Positions 12,736 to 26,703 of a DNA stretch of 64,000 nucleotides are shown piece after piece; positions within the stretch are counted from its first letter, which is position 1; each line of letters opens with the position of its first letter. The translations under genes were made by a program, and so were the position numbers. The stretch is taken from the NCBI GenBank assembly GCA_043228905.1, contig JBHGNT010000012.1, positions 6,386,001-6,450,000 on the forward strand, written 5' to 3'. This stretch comes from Azolla caroliniana (Eukaryota > Plantae > Polypodiophyta). The notes under the pieces were generated by a model, which was given only the letters and a program-made list of their open reading frames with translations, did not search any database and was not told the DNA's origin.

Positions 12736-12955
12736 GGTGAAAAGGCCCAGACGAATGTAGCTCAGTTGGTAAGGTTGCCCAATGGAGAGCAGGTGGTCAT
12801 GGGTTCAACCCCTACATTCCACAGTGGCGTCTAGTGAAATAGAGATATATATAAAGTATATAATAGAGAGGTGAGAAAATTGGGTTTCGAACCCAAGACA
12901 CAATGCTTGTAATGTTATCGACTTACCACTAGGGTAAGCTACTTACAATAATAAT

Positions 12956-12988
<33 letters not shown>
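12694..12988. mobile_element. SINE-like unit with two convergent tRNA-derived heads between (CT)n and (GA)n tracts
   Basis: + strand TAGCTCAGTTGG...GGTCATGGGTTCAACCCC (12750-12822); - strand TACCCTAGTGGTAAG...TGGGTTCGAAACCCA (12880-12942). Flanked by (CT)n 12694-12731 and (GA)n 12958-12987. Confidence 0.55.
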
Positions 12989-12990
<2 letters not shown>

Positions 12991-13392
12991 CAATCGGCAA
13001 TAGTTTGGTTTGAGGTGGTTCAGTTCAAAGGTGTCAAATTCAAACCGTTTAAAAAAATTGAGACTTAAACTGAATGGAACCAAACCAAACCATGAAAACG
13101 TTTAGACCGAAATCATTTAAATCGAAACTATTCAAGAAAATTAATTAATAATCAATTGTCAACTCTAAACCGTTTAAGCCGTTTAAACAATCTAAACCAC
13201 AATTTCAAATCGTTTAAACTAAAAATCATTATGTCGATAAAAGTTCAAACCGAACCGTTTAAACAATTTTAACCATAGTTTCAAACCGTTTAAACAAAAA
13301 ATCATTAAGCAAATAATGGTTCAAACCGAACCGTTTACAAAAACTTGAACTCAAACCGAACAACGTAAACCATTAAATCATTGTTTAAACTG
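12988..13392. mobile_element. Non-autonomous DNA transposon fragment (hAT-like subterminal AAACCG repeats)
   Basis: Many AAACCG/AAACCGTTTAAA motifs. The start TAGCAATCGGCAATAGTTTGGTTT resembles 53107 TAGGAATTGGCAACGGTTCGGTTT. No second TIR found. Confidence 0.4.
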
Positions 13393-13753
13393 TAGGGAGG
13401 GAGGGGGGACATTTGTAACGCAATCAATACGTTTGTTTAGCGGAAATGTAAAGATCGTGTGTTCTCGTACTCTAGATTCAATTTCTTCCATAAGTTCCAA
13501 TGTATTGGCTATGCTATAATACCAATAATATCGAAGTATATTACGATTGAATTGGAAATCCGAAGTATATTATTATGATTTAAATATAAATAATGTTGTA
13601 CTAAAATGTCTCCACAATGAATTCAATCATTTATTTGATGATGCATTGGATCTTATGAAAGTTATAAACAACATATAAAAGTTAAAACAATATGTTAAGG
13701 ATTGTAACATGTTGATCAACAAAGTTAGAACAAAAGAGGATGTTATGCAAATT

Positions 13754-15768
13754 TTAGGTTGATGGTGCTTGGGCCAATTTCAACCATGTTTGCTCTGAGT
13801 CGATGAAGCTAGAGTTCACAAATTTTTGCATTTCTTTATCTTCTGCTTTCTTGACCCAATTTACACGTTTTGAACCATCACTCCCTTCTCCGATGCATCT
13901 ATAGAGAAATGCATTTTAATGAGATTCAACCACTTTATATCCTTAACTATTAATCACAATGTGGAATTGTCATGTTATTTTATTTTGAGAAAGGGAGAAA
14001 CATTACTTGTACTCATAGCACGAAGATGTCTTGTAGTTTTGACTTGTATTATCCCAATTAGCCCACCCTTCAGGTCGGATGCATGCATCCATTTGTGTGT
14101 AGGCATATATCACTCGTGCATATGGTCCCCAAGGACGACCCAAGTACATGTATGGAGTGTTCTTGCTAATGCCAGTAATATTGCACCTACGATAAACATG
14201 CAAATTTTACATCACAATACATCATTCCAAAGATCATCATTAGGTTGGGTTCAAAGGAAAACAACAATGCTCACAAAAGAAGAAGAGAATAAGCATGACA
14301 AAGTTATGTGATAATAAAATGACAATCTTGAAACTCTTGAGTCTTACTTATAGAACACAAAACCCGTTGTTTCAGATTCAGTCCCACGTTTGTGTGCAGT
14401 AACATAACCATTCGATTTGCAATGGATGTGACATTCGTCGAAATATGTGGTCGCATTTCCAAATATGAAGTCGACATCGCCTTCAATGTAACAATCTTTT
14501 ATATAATGCCTTCCATTATGAAAGTAAGTTGTATCCTGCACTCATCCAAAAGCTCCATGTGTCAACTCCAATCTTGTTATGCAAATAGCTACGTACAACA
14601 TTGAAGGATTTATTAAACCTCAATCCTTAGACCTACTAGCTAATTATTATCTCTTGAGGGTGTTTCAGATAACAACACATTGTTAAATGGTATAAAGTGT
14701 TCACAAGCAACAAAGGAAATACATGAGGCTGGGTATAGAGCAAAAGCTCATCCATACTTTGTTGACATACATCAAGCCTAAGGAAACGTGAGAAAAAACT
14801 ATACGGATCATTCTAAAAAGGTTTGAGTAAACGTTGTCAAAGTTATATTGCATAATTATCATTTGAAAGATCTTAGGGACTACATTGAAGAACAACAATA
14901 GCCACTCAACTTAGGGTTAGTGGTGTGAAAATAACGTTTTTCTAAAAGAAAATTCGAAAGTTCGCCAACAGTTTATTCCTTCCTATTGGTTGAGACAAAA
15001 TAATTAGGTGCATTCTAAATTCTAAAAAATACTTATTATTGATTCCAAATTTTTCTTAATGTACCTGCCACCCAAGAAAACGACATTTATAAAAAGCGCA
15101 ACGATCGGCGCTTACCCTAATCGCAACTGCTTGGCCAGACCCCTTTGAATGTAAAAAAACACAAATTATTAGCATTTAAAAACAAATATTTGTACATTAC
15201 TAATGTGATATGAAAATAGACACTAAAAAGGGACTTTACTTGTGGAGCTGAATTTTCGAAAGTGATGTGTTGGGCTATGAAGTCATGTCCTTCAACAATA
15301 AAAGTGCCAGAGCCAAAAGTGCCCTTTCCAATCACCTCAGATCCCTAGTGCATAGAAAAATCAAAGGGGAAACAAATGAAAATGAAAATGAAAATTCACA
15401 AAGAATGCATATGGCAGATGAGTATACACATACACACATGCATACAACACGTGCACACACATGGATCCATGCATGATGTTGCATAGCCATGTCAAGTGGG
15501 TAAAGTAATTGCAATTAGTACTCACAAGATGGTGTTGTATGGCAGTGGCAGTGTTTGACCAAGTGATCACAGTAGTCTCCGCTTTGTCACCAAGGAGGGT
15601 GATGAGATTCTTGGTTTTGGGCACATAAATAGGTTGCTTGTAAATACCAGGACCAACACGAATAATAACTCTTTGCTTGTTGTTGATTGGAATGGAATCG
15701 ATTGCATCTTGAATCTTCTTGAACTTAGTTGAGCCATCAAGGGCTACTTTAATGGTTGCTTGAGACAT
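13754..15768 (-). CDS. PME31: Pectin methylesterase, PME31-type (no signal peptide or PMEI pro-domain), ~312 aa, 6 exons
   Basis: Exons 15768-15526, 15344-15240, 15142-15065, 14535-14348, 14186-14007, 13898-13754; all GT-AG, frame continuous. Motifs IQDAID, PGIY, GSGQAVA, GWQDT, GDVDFIFG, LGRPW. Confidence 0.93.
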
Positions 15769-17466
15769 AATAAAATTAGTGTGTGATTGGTTATTTGTTG
15801 TAGTTTTAACAAGGATAAAAAAAGTCAAGGTACCTACAAAAGCAGAAAAAGATATTCAAAGATGAGGAAAAAATGACAATGACTTATGATGAAAAAAATG
15901 CAAGAGGAAGTCCTTGAAGAAAAAGATGAAGGTTATGTATATTATGGAGGAATTACAACACAACTATTTATAGCTATCCATGGCCTCTTTCTCACTCGCA
16001 CACATTCACATACTTTACACATTAATTCCTTTGTCATGGTATCCATATGATCTTCTCTCTATCCTTATCCAAACATGAACATGAGATGTTTGCCTTCCTT
16101 CTTTTCCTCCATGTCCTAAGAATGGGTTCACAAATTGTCCAAATTTATTATAACTTCTAGATAAACGTTTTCAAGGTTTTTTTTATCAAGCAATAATGAG
16201 CCTTTGAGCAACTTCAACACTAAACCAAACAAGTTTTACTCAAAAGTAACTTGAAACCCCTTTGTCTATTTTTCATGCCAAAAACTTTCAAATCTAGATA
16301 AACATTTTCGAGGTTTTTTTTATCACGATGAAGAGTCTTTGAGGGAATATTGGTACCTTGAGAAGAGGAAGCAAAGAGAATTCCATTATCCAAGATTGGG
16401 CTCACAAAAATGTCCACATCTTTGAGTGACCAAGAGAAAGTTCTCTTTGAAATATGATAACAATTCTAGAAAGAAAAAAATCCGCTCTTGGAGCATGAAG
16501 AATTGAATCTTATTCCTATCAAGAAAAGTTGTGAAGTATCCCTGAGTTGATCAACCCCCTCTTTAATGAATCGTGTAGTAAAATCTCATTTGCTTTCTAA
16601 TGATATGTGCCATTTTAGCAATTATTTGGTCTATTCATATGCTTTCTAACATGAATTCATGATCAACGTCTCAAGTTATCAAAGCTAAGGTTTTGAACTA
16701 ACAAAAATAATATTAGTACTTATTTGCTCCTCATTAAATAGAGGAAACAATTATTACAGTTTGCAAATGTTTAAAGGGTGGGCAATGGGCAGTACATTCA
16801 ACCTCTTAATATGATCAACAGAAAGTGTAATCCCTACAAGAAATGGTATACAACTAAACAATACATAAGATTGTCTTTCAAGCTATACTTTTAGTCCATT
16901 GCTATCTTCAAAACTGCATTAGTAATGTTACATGTGAATGGACACTTACTAGCTATCACCATTACCCATTGGGTTTTCCCCCATCAATATTGTGTATTTA
17001 TAATGAGAGTTACACCGTTATGATTGATTTATACATTTATGATGAGAGTTACAATACTATGATGTATTTATGAAACCGTTACAGCTATTTAAGAAAACCT
17101 TGAACCTATATTAAAAGTACATGTACCATACAAAAGTACTCAATTATAAGTTAGCCATACTTATCACACTTATTATAAACTTCTAGATAAGCTCCTTTCA
17201 ATCATTGTCTGTTCAATCACACAATAAGATGTGATAATAATCAGACAACTACAATCTATGCATTTAATCCTATAAAAATGTAAAATTTAGAGCAACCATC
17301 AAGGTTACAATCCACTGTCTACTAATCCATTCAGATTAGTTGTCCTAAAATAACAGCATCACCATTTTCATCAGGCTTAGAGGGGTTTATGCAAAGAATC
17401 AAAATATTCCTGTGTTTAGCACTAATCTTGTGTTTCTAGTTTTCGATATGGACAAGATTTATTATA

Positions 17467-17551
17467 CATCATGAGAGAATAGTCACCTTGATATTTCAAA
17501 TTACTGCATCATGAGAGAATAGTCACCTTGATATTTCAAATTACTGCATCA
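17467..17551. repeat. 40-bp tandem duplication in the CPN60A 3' UTR
   Basis: CATCATGAGAGAATAGTCACCTTGATATTTCAAATTACTG present twice. Confidence 0.9.
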
Positions 17552-17557
17552 TATATT

Positions 17558-20500
17558 TTAAATGTTCATTCCTGGTAAAGAAGGCACAGATGACTTAGCC
17601 TTTTTCTTAGATTTCTCAGCCACAATAGCCTGAGTAGTTAATACCATGCCAGCCACAGCTGCAGCATTTTGCAATGCACACCTTGTCACCTTTGCAGGGT
17701 CAATGACACCAGATTCAATCAAGTTCTCATATTTATCACACATGGCATTGTATCCTATCTCCCATTCGCTATCTAAAAGCTTCTCAACCACAACGGCACC
17801 TTCCATACCCGCATTCCTAGATATTAAGGAAGCTGGGGCTAGTAAAGCCTGTGTCAAATAGTATTAATACTAAGTTAAAATTCTGTAAAGTTTATTAATG
17901 ATTCATACTAATAGTTAAGGGAATTCTCAATATATCATTATTGTTATCACAAATTTAAAAAGCCATCCAAATTGTGAAAATTCTATTGCAAAAGGATTAA
18001 CTCTAATTACTCTAACAAAAGCACCAATTCCATACCCAAATTGACATTCTCGTATTTATCAATATTTGATTGCTCTAATTACCTACAAACCCTAACACAA
18101 GCATTAATCACCACGCTTGAATGCTGCTGACCACACTCATTCACGATCCAATAGCATTCTTAAGATATTTTGATGCTTTTAACATCAAATTGTCAAGGCT
18201 GCTAACTGACAAGTGATATTGTTACCCTCAAGGCAAAGTTCAGAGCAACATTTGTGAATTAACATTTAAAAAATCAAAGATCAACACATACCTTCTGCAC
18301 TATATCAGCACCTATTTTCTCCTCTGGGTCTTCTATAGTTTCCTTTATTGTTGGAACAATAGATGACAAATGAACAAAGGCAGTTCCACCACCTGGAACA
18401 ATACCTTCCTCAATTGCAGCAAAAGTGGCATTTTTTGCATCTTCTATTCTAAGTTTCCGATCTTCTAGCTCTGTTTCTGTGGCAGCCCCAACCTGTAGCA
18501 GTTTCTCTTTATTAGTAATCAGTTTTACAGGGAGAATTTATCAACCTCTGCTATAATTATGAGAATTTACCAAAATGGCCATCCAAATTTTGAGAATTCC
18601 CAAATAACAATTCCTTTTCACAGAGCTAACTAATATCAAATAAGAAGTGGGCAATAGATGGTTGTTATTTCTTCCAACAATTAATTGATAATCAAATTAG
18701 TGTTAAGTAATAACCCATGCGTGAAATAAAGTTAGTGATAGAAAACAAATTTGTAATTACCACGTTATCCATGAAGGAATAATTGTGAACGAATGGATTT
18801 TAATTTTAATGATTTGGTTATTAATTAGTCTTGGCAAAGTAATAATGATTTGATTGCCGCCAACTTAGACTAATTGGGTTTTACTTTGACTCTGAGAAAA
18901 AGGAATGGTAAATTGGTAATTTTCAAAATTTGGATGGCTTTTTGCTAAACTCTCATATAATGTAATGATGGTATACTATTTGAATTTCCCAAGATATTGT
19001 CAATAGTTAAAAGTAAAAACACCAAAATAGCTCCACCTTTGTAACATTACAAGAAACCCCTTTATCTTTTGACATTAATAAAATTCACTAGAATACCTTT
19101 GAAGTTTATTATTAATAAAGTACCAAAAATACCCATTTAACTCAACTTAGTATTAAATTGGGATATTCTTATAATTTGTAACAATTGACTACTTTTGATA
19201 TTTTTTCCTATATTTAACTAAAATAAACAAATATTAATAACATGACACAACATTCAGGAGTGCAAAGTTACATATTACCTTTATGACAGCCACACCACCA
19301 GAGAGCTTTGCAATCCGCTCTGATAATTTCTCATGATCATATACCGAATCTGTCTCTGCAAGTTCTTTCTTGATTTGAGCAACACGAGCTTGAATCTCAT
19401 CTTTCGTGGCTGCATCAGCAATGATTGTGGTAGAAGTATTTGTAATCTTGATCTTCCGAGCAATTCCCAACTGCTCCACAGATATATCTTCTGGTTTTAA
19501 ACCTAAATCCTTAGCCATAAATTCTGCACCTGTGCAGTAAATCCACCTTAATATACCAATCCATAAACCATCAATGTAGTCTGATTCACAATTAATAGGG
19601 TCTCCCCAAGGTATGCTATTGTGGAAAAGATAGTCATCAATGTCCTAAAGGGAAATGCCCTAATACTACCTACTTCTCCATATTTGTTATACAAGTTACG
19701 CTCATGCAAGATAAATTCACCAAAATGATGCTAGGAGAAATGGAAACCAACTTTGCTAAATATTTTGAGTAAGAAAACCATCTTTTAGACAATCTTACTA
19801 ACAAACATTGAAAAGAAGTTCAATTTGTTTTATACCAGTGACAATGGCAATATCTTGAAGAAGAGCTTTTCGTCTCTCTCCAAATCCAGGTGCTTTGATT
19901 GCTGCTACTTTCAAAACACCCCTCATCTTGTTTACCACCAGAGTTGCAAGTGCTTCACCAGTTACATCCTCAGCAACAATGAGGAGTGGAGAACTAAGTT
20001 GGGTGGATTTCTCCAAGGCAGGTAAAATATCTTTGATAGATGATATCTTCTGATCCGTGACAAGGATTCTTGCATTATCAAACTCCACTATCAGTTTTTC
20101 ATGGTTAGTGACAAATTGAGGAGAGATGTACCCTCTATCAATCTGCAAGCAAAATACAGATCAGCAACAACCCATGAAGCTCAAATGAACCAAATATTAC
20201 TATAGTAGACCATACCTCACCTCCATTCCCTCCTCAACTGTCACAGATGTTTCAAATGATGATGATGATTCAATTGAGAGAACGCCATCTGGCCCGACTT
20301 TCTCAATTGCATCAGCAATCATTGTGCCTATAGCATTGTCATTTCCAGCAGATATAGACGCCACAGCTACACATTAAACAGCATTCAGCACCTCAACTTT
20401 TCCTAAGACACAAAGATACAAATTTGCAAAGAGTTGCAAAGCTTATAATAATATGTCAAGAACCTTTGATGTCATCTCTGCCCTTCAAGGGGCGAGACTT

Positions 20501-23500
20501 TCTTCCTAACTCTTCAACGATAGCAGACACTGTCTTGTCTATTCCCTTCCTCACAGCTACAGGATTTGCACCAGACGTAATATTCAGAAGACCCAGTTTG
20601 ATTAGTTCTCGGGCAAGGACACAAGCAGTTGTAGTGCCATCTCCTGCTGAATCATTAGTCTTGCTAGCTACCTATGTATAGGCAGTATTAATCCAATCCG
20701 TGCACAGCTATATATAGTGTAACTTAATAGAAAATATTCTTTGTTTCTAAGCCACTCCTTATCATCTAGAGCATACAGTTATTCATAGCACTACCTCTCT
20801 GATGAGAGCAGCCCCAGCATTCTCCATCGGGTTTGGTAATTCAATAGCGCGCGCAATGGTCACCCCATCATTAACAACCTTAGGAGATCCAAACTCATCG
20901 AGGACCACATTACGTCCTGAAATTTTTGCATTGTACATAAAATATCTTGTTAAAATCCTAAAATTTAAGGTTTAGCAGACTACATCACAGAGAATGACAA
21001 TTCCTAGGAAACATGAGACACAAAGAAATAACCATCGAGCAAGTCACACAGAATTTGCATTGTTTGACATTTTTTAAATTTACATGGATGACAATCAAGA
21101 GCTCACAGTATCAAATAGAACCAGACAATTTGACAAAGCACACCATTATCAAACAGCAAGAAGAACAGAACACAAATGCAATTCCTAAAAACTTGTCCAC
21201 TTGAACAATATCCTTTAGCACAGGCTTCAAAAATCGAAGTGCAGAAGATCACAACAATAAGCATTAAACACATGCATTTCCTAGCAACTTTAAGTGACCA
21301 TGGAATATGATCAAGTAGCTCAGAGCCCAAAACAGATTCAGTGAATTTCAAAGAAGAAAAAACTTTAAAATAGTACTCATGTTCTCGAACCATTCCCTCC
21401 AAACTAGACCCCTCATTTTTGGCCTATTATGCATAAATACTTTGACCATGTATTCTGGATTTCTTTCATAAGTGACAAAATTGTACAGGCTTACCAATAG
21501 ATCAAACATTACGTTCATAGCTACACTTTGGTCTATCCAGAACTAGCAAAAGGCTACAGCAACCCCAATGTCTTTGGCCTCAAATTATGCATCTTCTTGC
21601 ACATGTCTGAGGCATCAATTCTAGTGTAGACCATGACTTTCAATTCAAACTTTAGGCCTTTCAACTGTTTTATGATGAATAATCATTCACTAGAAGGAAG
21701 AAAATCAATTCTGAGATGATCATGTTCATGATGCAGCTCATCAGCTGGCTGATCATATATTTTAGACAAATTTGCTCACTAGGAAATATAAAACAAGCTT
21801 TCAAAGTTTCATGATCCATTTGCAAAATAAAATCAGCACCCCAGAAGTATTGTTTTCCAGCTGGAAAGGTGTGACTTACAGCCAAAGCCTTGGTCCCATA
21901 AATCTAATAACCCTTAGGCTACCGAGTGTAGGTGGTCACTGGTCTATGCCATCCACTAATCTCCGTAAAATCATCATCCTCGGCATATAGCTCCTTCATT
22001 TAATCATCCCATTGTAGGTGCTTTCAGATGTATTTGCTTATTTGGGAAAATAATGCAAGATGTCATAATCCATTTGCAAAATAAAAGCAGCACCTACGAA
22101 GTATTTTCTTTTCATCTGGAAGAAGCATGAATTATAGCCAATTGCTCATTCTCATAAACCTGGCGAGCCTTACGCTACCAATCGTAAGCAGTGACTGGTC
22201 TATGATTGGTCAGAAAAACTTGTATCTGACCAATAACGCCAACAGTAGCTCAGTGTCTGAAAGCGCAGAACTTTATAACAACAATTTCTTATATCTAAAA
22301 GCAACAAGGTTATATATTAAAGAACGCAAAGAATGAATCATATGCAGTTCCTTAGAACGAACTACATCAACAAGAGTTTAACAAATGCAATTCTGTAAAA
22401 AATGTAGATGATCAACATCAAGAAATTTGCTGCAAGAAACATAAGCACACTAAAATTACAATATTGACATGGGTGACAAAAACCCAGAGACCTCGCCTAT
22501 AGCAATGTTCGCCTTAGCAATTATCACCCGCCAAATTACACTTTTCAAAGCTCACTCTAGCCATTTCTCTGCTGCTTTCTGGGCCGAAATTGATTGAAAT
22601 TGAAGGAAAGGGAAGAGCAAATCCGAGTGTTTTTTTTTTTTTGCAAAACAACAAATAGCTATAAATACAAGGAAAGAAATAAATCTCACGAACACACAGG
22701 AATGAAACGCTTGCTTTTTTTTGTTTGAGCGGTTTGACTCAGATAGATACATCCTCATGGAAGTAGACAGAAACCTAAGCACCTCTATATAAGTACAAGG
22801 AAAGAAATAAATCTCACGAACACACAGGAATGAAACGCTTGCTTTTTTTTGTTTGAGTGGTTTGACTCAGATAGATACATCCTCATGGAAGTAGACAGAA
22901 ACCTAAGCACCGCTATATAAACACAGTACGAATGGAAACATATGCAGTTCGATTGTGCAGTCTGCGACAATGGAGGACAACAAAAAACTCAACACAAATC
23001 AAGACAGCAAAAACTTTGTGACAATGATATCATATATCAAACAATGCAGATGAAAGCACGTGCAATTCCATGAAACTCTATGTGAGCAGGACAGCAATAA
23101 TAGAAAATTCACAAGAACAGAAAATTTCACACCTGTAGGGGTCTTGAAGGAATAAAAGGATAAGTTCTCACACCTCTAGGACCCAGAGTGACGCCAACTG
23201 CATCAGCGAGTTTGTCAATTCCTGCTTGTAAAGCAGACCTACAGACTTCATCAAATAATATTTCCTTTGCTTCTGCTCTAACAGTAAGACGGGAGATACT
23301 TCTAGCTGAGCCACCTTTGATTCCTACAGTAGTTCTGCTTCGTAGTGGTAGACCTCCAAGAAGAAGATCCATTCTCCTCTGCAAGAATTCAGTTCTCCCC
23401 TACAAAATGTGAACAGATGCAACCAGAAAAGAGAAGGCCAAATAATTAAAAAAACAGTTAATACTGGAGAAAACAAAGGTTCTCCGCAAGATCATTTAAC

Positions 23501-26425
23501 AATCATCTAGAGAAACAAGCCTTTCGTTTACAATTTTTCATTTTGGGAGAAGCAAGCCTTTCCTACAATATCGTTCAAGGCAATTATCAATCATTTGTGA
23601 GAAATTAACCATCTCTCTTTGACAATTTGGGAGTATCAAGCCTTTACTACATGATCTTTCACCACATACATAAAATGGTTACTGAAAAGACAATCTTTCC
23701 CATAATGTGAGAAACAAAACCTTCCCGAAAACAAGACCTTGTAACAGTTCCTTGAGAAGCAAATCCTTTCCTGAAAATATCTTTCAACACATCTTCAATA
23801 GTTTGTGAGCCATTCTACTGATGTCTTTTAAACCTTAGATACATCTCTCAACTGGTGTTTAATGCATCTTTCATCCCTTCTATCAAAGGTTTCTGAAAAA
23901 AATCCAATGAATATCATTGTGCTTCTATGTTAAAAGGAAAGAAGTTTGTAACCTGGATGCCAAAAGTAATCCAAGTGGGTGTACAAATGTCTTCTGTCCC
24001 CCTAATGAACAATTTGTGGAACAACAATCATGACATTCTACCATCACCTACTTCACTTAGTTCTACACTCACTTCTAAGAAGTTCGAAATCTTTGAGATC
24101 TATACAATCACATTATCAAATTAAATGCTCTTATTGTGTATCATAATTTGAAACATTATCCACATCCTTTGAGCTTAGCCACCCCTCAATCACATCGGAC
24201 GTTCTTGATTGTCCAATGACTATCAGTGATGCATGGTAGAGTCCAAATAGTGCTGAATGGCAAACTTCGATGGAGAACGAGTTTGCATCTCCCTTTGCCA
24301 ACAAAACATGGATTATATTATCACTTCTTATATACTACTCGTCTAGCTCATGCAAATGGGTATTGTTGCAAATTTGCACCTTGATGGTAGTACAATTGCG
24401 TGCTACGAACTTTGTATTGTGGATCATGATTTCCCTCTAGTGGAAGGACTTGAGTATTCTAAAACATTTTCTTTCGTTCTACATATGGAATCATTCCAAC
24501 TATTATGGATATAGCCACCATTCTTCACTTTAAGGTCCATCACTTGGATGCACATGCAACATTCCCGCAAAGTGACCTACAAAAAGAAAATTACATTCCA
24601 CAAACTCCCAGATTTCAGTCAAGTTCACAACTCAACTATGTTTGTAAATTGTTGGGTCCATTGATCCCTATATGGACTTGAACAATCTCCTCAATTATGG
24701 TTTCAAATTTTAACAATTTCATGCTTTCTCAAGGCTACTCTATATCCATATATTTACATTGGACATAACTAGAGATCTAATTTACTATTGGTAGTAACAT
24801 TATAAGTGGATGACATCCCTACAATGAATTCAACAACCTTCGACCTATCAATTTCATCCACATTGAGTCATTGTTACATGTGGTTAGCATACTAGATCAT
24901 TGAGAAGTATGTGATGCACTCCACGAGATTATCTTTATCATAGCACATGTGTATGTGAATGACATGTCAGCCATGGCAAAAAAGGTGGAGAACCTAGTTA
25001 CAATTGTCGCAGCATGAAAGGGTTTAAGATCCCAAAGACAATGGCATATTGTGGTTTGGTACATTAGCCACTATATGTCTTGGATACGTAAATGGTTTGG
25101 GAGTGACCGAATAGTCCCATTGGACGTGCTCACTACAATATTCAGGTGTTCCTCGAACTTGACATATGGGTTAAAAAAAGATTAAAGGAATAGAATGTTG
25201 GGATGTGGAAGGTCACATATAAGCTTTGACCCCTCTTTGAGTTGTGTACAAGATGAGGTCTTTCCAGAAGCAAATGTCAGGATTGTTGGTGGTGGTCAAA
25301 GTGGAGGCATTATAGGCAAGCAAAATCCACTAAGCTCATCACCTATAAGTTGTCGGGTGTTGTCGACGCGTTGGCAGTTCAGTAGGAAAACCGAACACTC
25401 TCTCGAGTGATCAATGCATGACTCAGTAAACCTGCCCTCCCTTACTTTCCTTTAACCTTACACACGATTCTCACATTCTTCACCTCTCTTAGTCCTCAGA
25501 AATGCGAATGCCAACCGGTTGGCTGGACAATGGGTTTCTCGAGCCTCCATGTCGCTTGATCAACAACAACCCAGGTTTCTCCAGCATTGGAAGCCTCACC
25601 TCCAAGTTTGGGTAAACTGTTTAGACTGTGTATCACTTTCAAACAAGGTATTCGTCAATGGGAGCAGCACCCATCCAATTTCATTAAGAGTTTGTTTTGC
25701 AATAACCATAACATATGAATTAGAGCCATTGAGAACAAAATTTGTTGTTTTTTTGGATCAATATTGGATCATTGGCTGAAAATCTTGTAGTATACTATTC
25801 ATATGAAGTTTCTGAGCTACAACAAGGCAGCGAAGCAGAGGGGTCGTCATCTTTTCAAAGAAGTCCAAATTAAGTGGTGTTGGTCTCATTGTTTTTCTCT
25901 TTAAATTTTCTATCTTTATAGCTTGTTTTCTTTAGCTTTTCTATAAAGTGTGGTGAGGACTAGTCCTTGAGACCTCTAGCCTTTGCAATTTCAAAACATC
26001 CTCCAACAGTGTGAGAGAAAGAAACTCTTGTCCACAATATTTGCGAAGACATATTTCTCGACCGTTAGTGAGAAACAATACTTCCCAACAATATTCTCCA
26101 ACTAATTCAAAAGAAAGCATGGATTATACATAGAGCGCAGGATTTAGGGGATAAAACAAAGAGAGCGACAAAAAAAGGGTTACAGAAAAGCCTTTCCACA
26201 GGATGCTCTCATCACATAGTCTTCAAGAATTAATGAAAAAGAAGCCTTCTCTTCGCAACATCTTTCAACAAATTCAAAGGGAAACCATACAGCATGCAAA
26301 AAAGCGAAGGAAGAGATGAGAGAACTTACAGGACGGAAGGAAGGAACCGGCGAAGAAGAAGAAGAACAAGAAGGGAGAGGAGCTGCTGTGAAGACGCCAT
26401 TATGCTGCAGAGCTTGGGCTGCCAT
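17558..26425 (-). CDS. CPN60A: Plastid chaperonin 60 alpha subunit (RuBisCO large subunit-binding protein alpha), ~615 aa, 9 exons
   Basis: Exons 26425-26330, 23399-23174, 20916-20795, 20671-20464, 20366-20221, 20142-19836, 19529-19279, 18492-18292, 17848-17558 (1848 nt, in frame, GT-AG). Ser-rich transit peptide; [28 protein letters not shown], alpha-type [19 protein letters not shown]. Confidence 0.96.
18560..18955. mobile_element. Mutator-like MITE in CPN60A intron 7
   Basis: ~70-bp imperfect TIRs (GAGAATTTACCAAAATGGCCATCCAAATTTTGA... / ...TCAAAATTTGGATGGCTTTTTGCTAAACTCTC) with an AT-rich, imperfect TATAAT-containing flanking duplication. Confidence 0.7.
22667..22920. repeat. 128-bp tandem duplication in CPN60A intron 2
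   Basis: Near-identical copies start at 22667 and 22795. Confidence 0.9.
24170..24830 (+). mobile_element. Highly decayed Ty1/copia RT fragment in CPN60A intron 1
   Basis: Remnants of [40 protein letters not shown] and a VDD-like segment. Confidence 0.65.
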
Positions 26426-26465
26426 GGCCGCAGAAAGGCGAATAGGAAAGCAAAACGCAAAAACC

Positions 26466-26490
26466 TTCGAACAGTCTCTAGAACCTTCTA
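26466..26490 (-). promoter_or_regulatory. Possible heat-shock element next to a TATA-like box upstream of CPN60A
   Basis: Minus strand GAAggTTCtaGAGacTGTtcGAA (alternating nGAAn pentamers, two imperfect) adjacent to TTTAAATA. It lies on the gene side of that box, which is atypical. Confidence 0.3.
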
Positions 26491-26703
26491 TTTAAACCTC
26501 CCCCCCCCGGTCCAAACGCGTCCACATGATGCTTTCACACCTGTCCGGACAAAAAGAAAAAGAAATTCGCTTTCCACACCCACCCTTATGTCCGTCCGGC
26601 CGATCGATGATTGGCGTCATGAGAAACCGACTCCTACTGGACGAACCGCGAAAACACATCAATCTGTTCGGCTCCATCATGTCATGTTCGGTTCCATCAA
26701 ATT

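Noticed and set aside
12750-12822. Functional tRNA gene (also considered for the modules at 1871, 8300, 12880 and 30672)
   Set aside because: The A/B boxes are present but the acceptor and anticodon stems do not pair properly, so these are treated as tRNA-derived sequence.
12800-12836. Helitron 3' end (CTAG|T)
   Set aside because: No convincing GC-rich hairpin at the expected distance and no matching 5' TC end identified.
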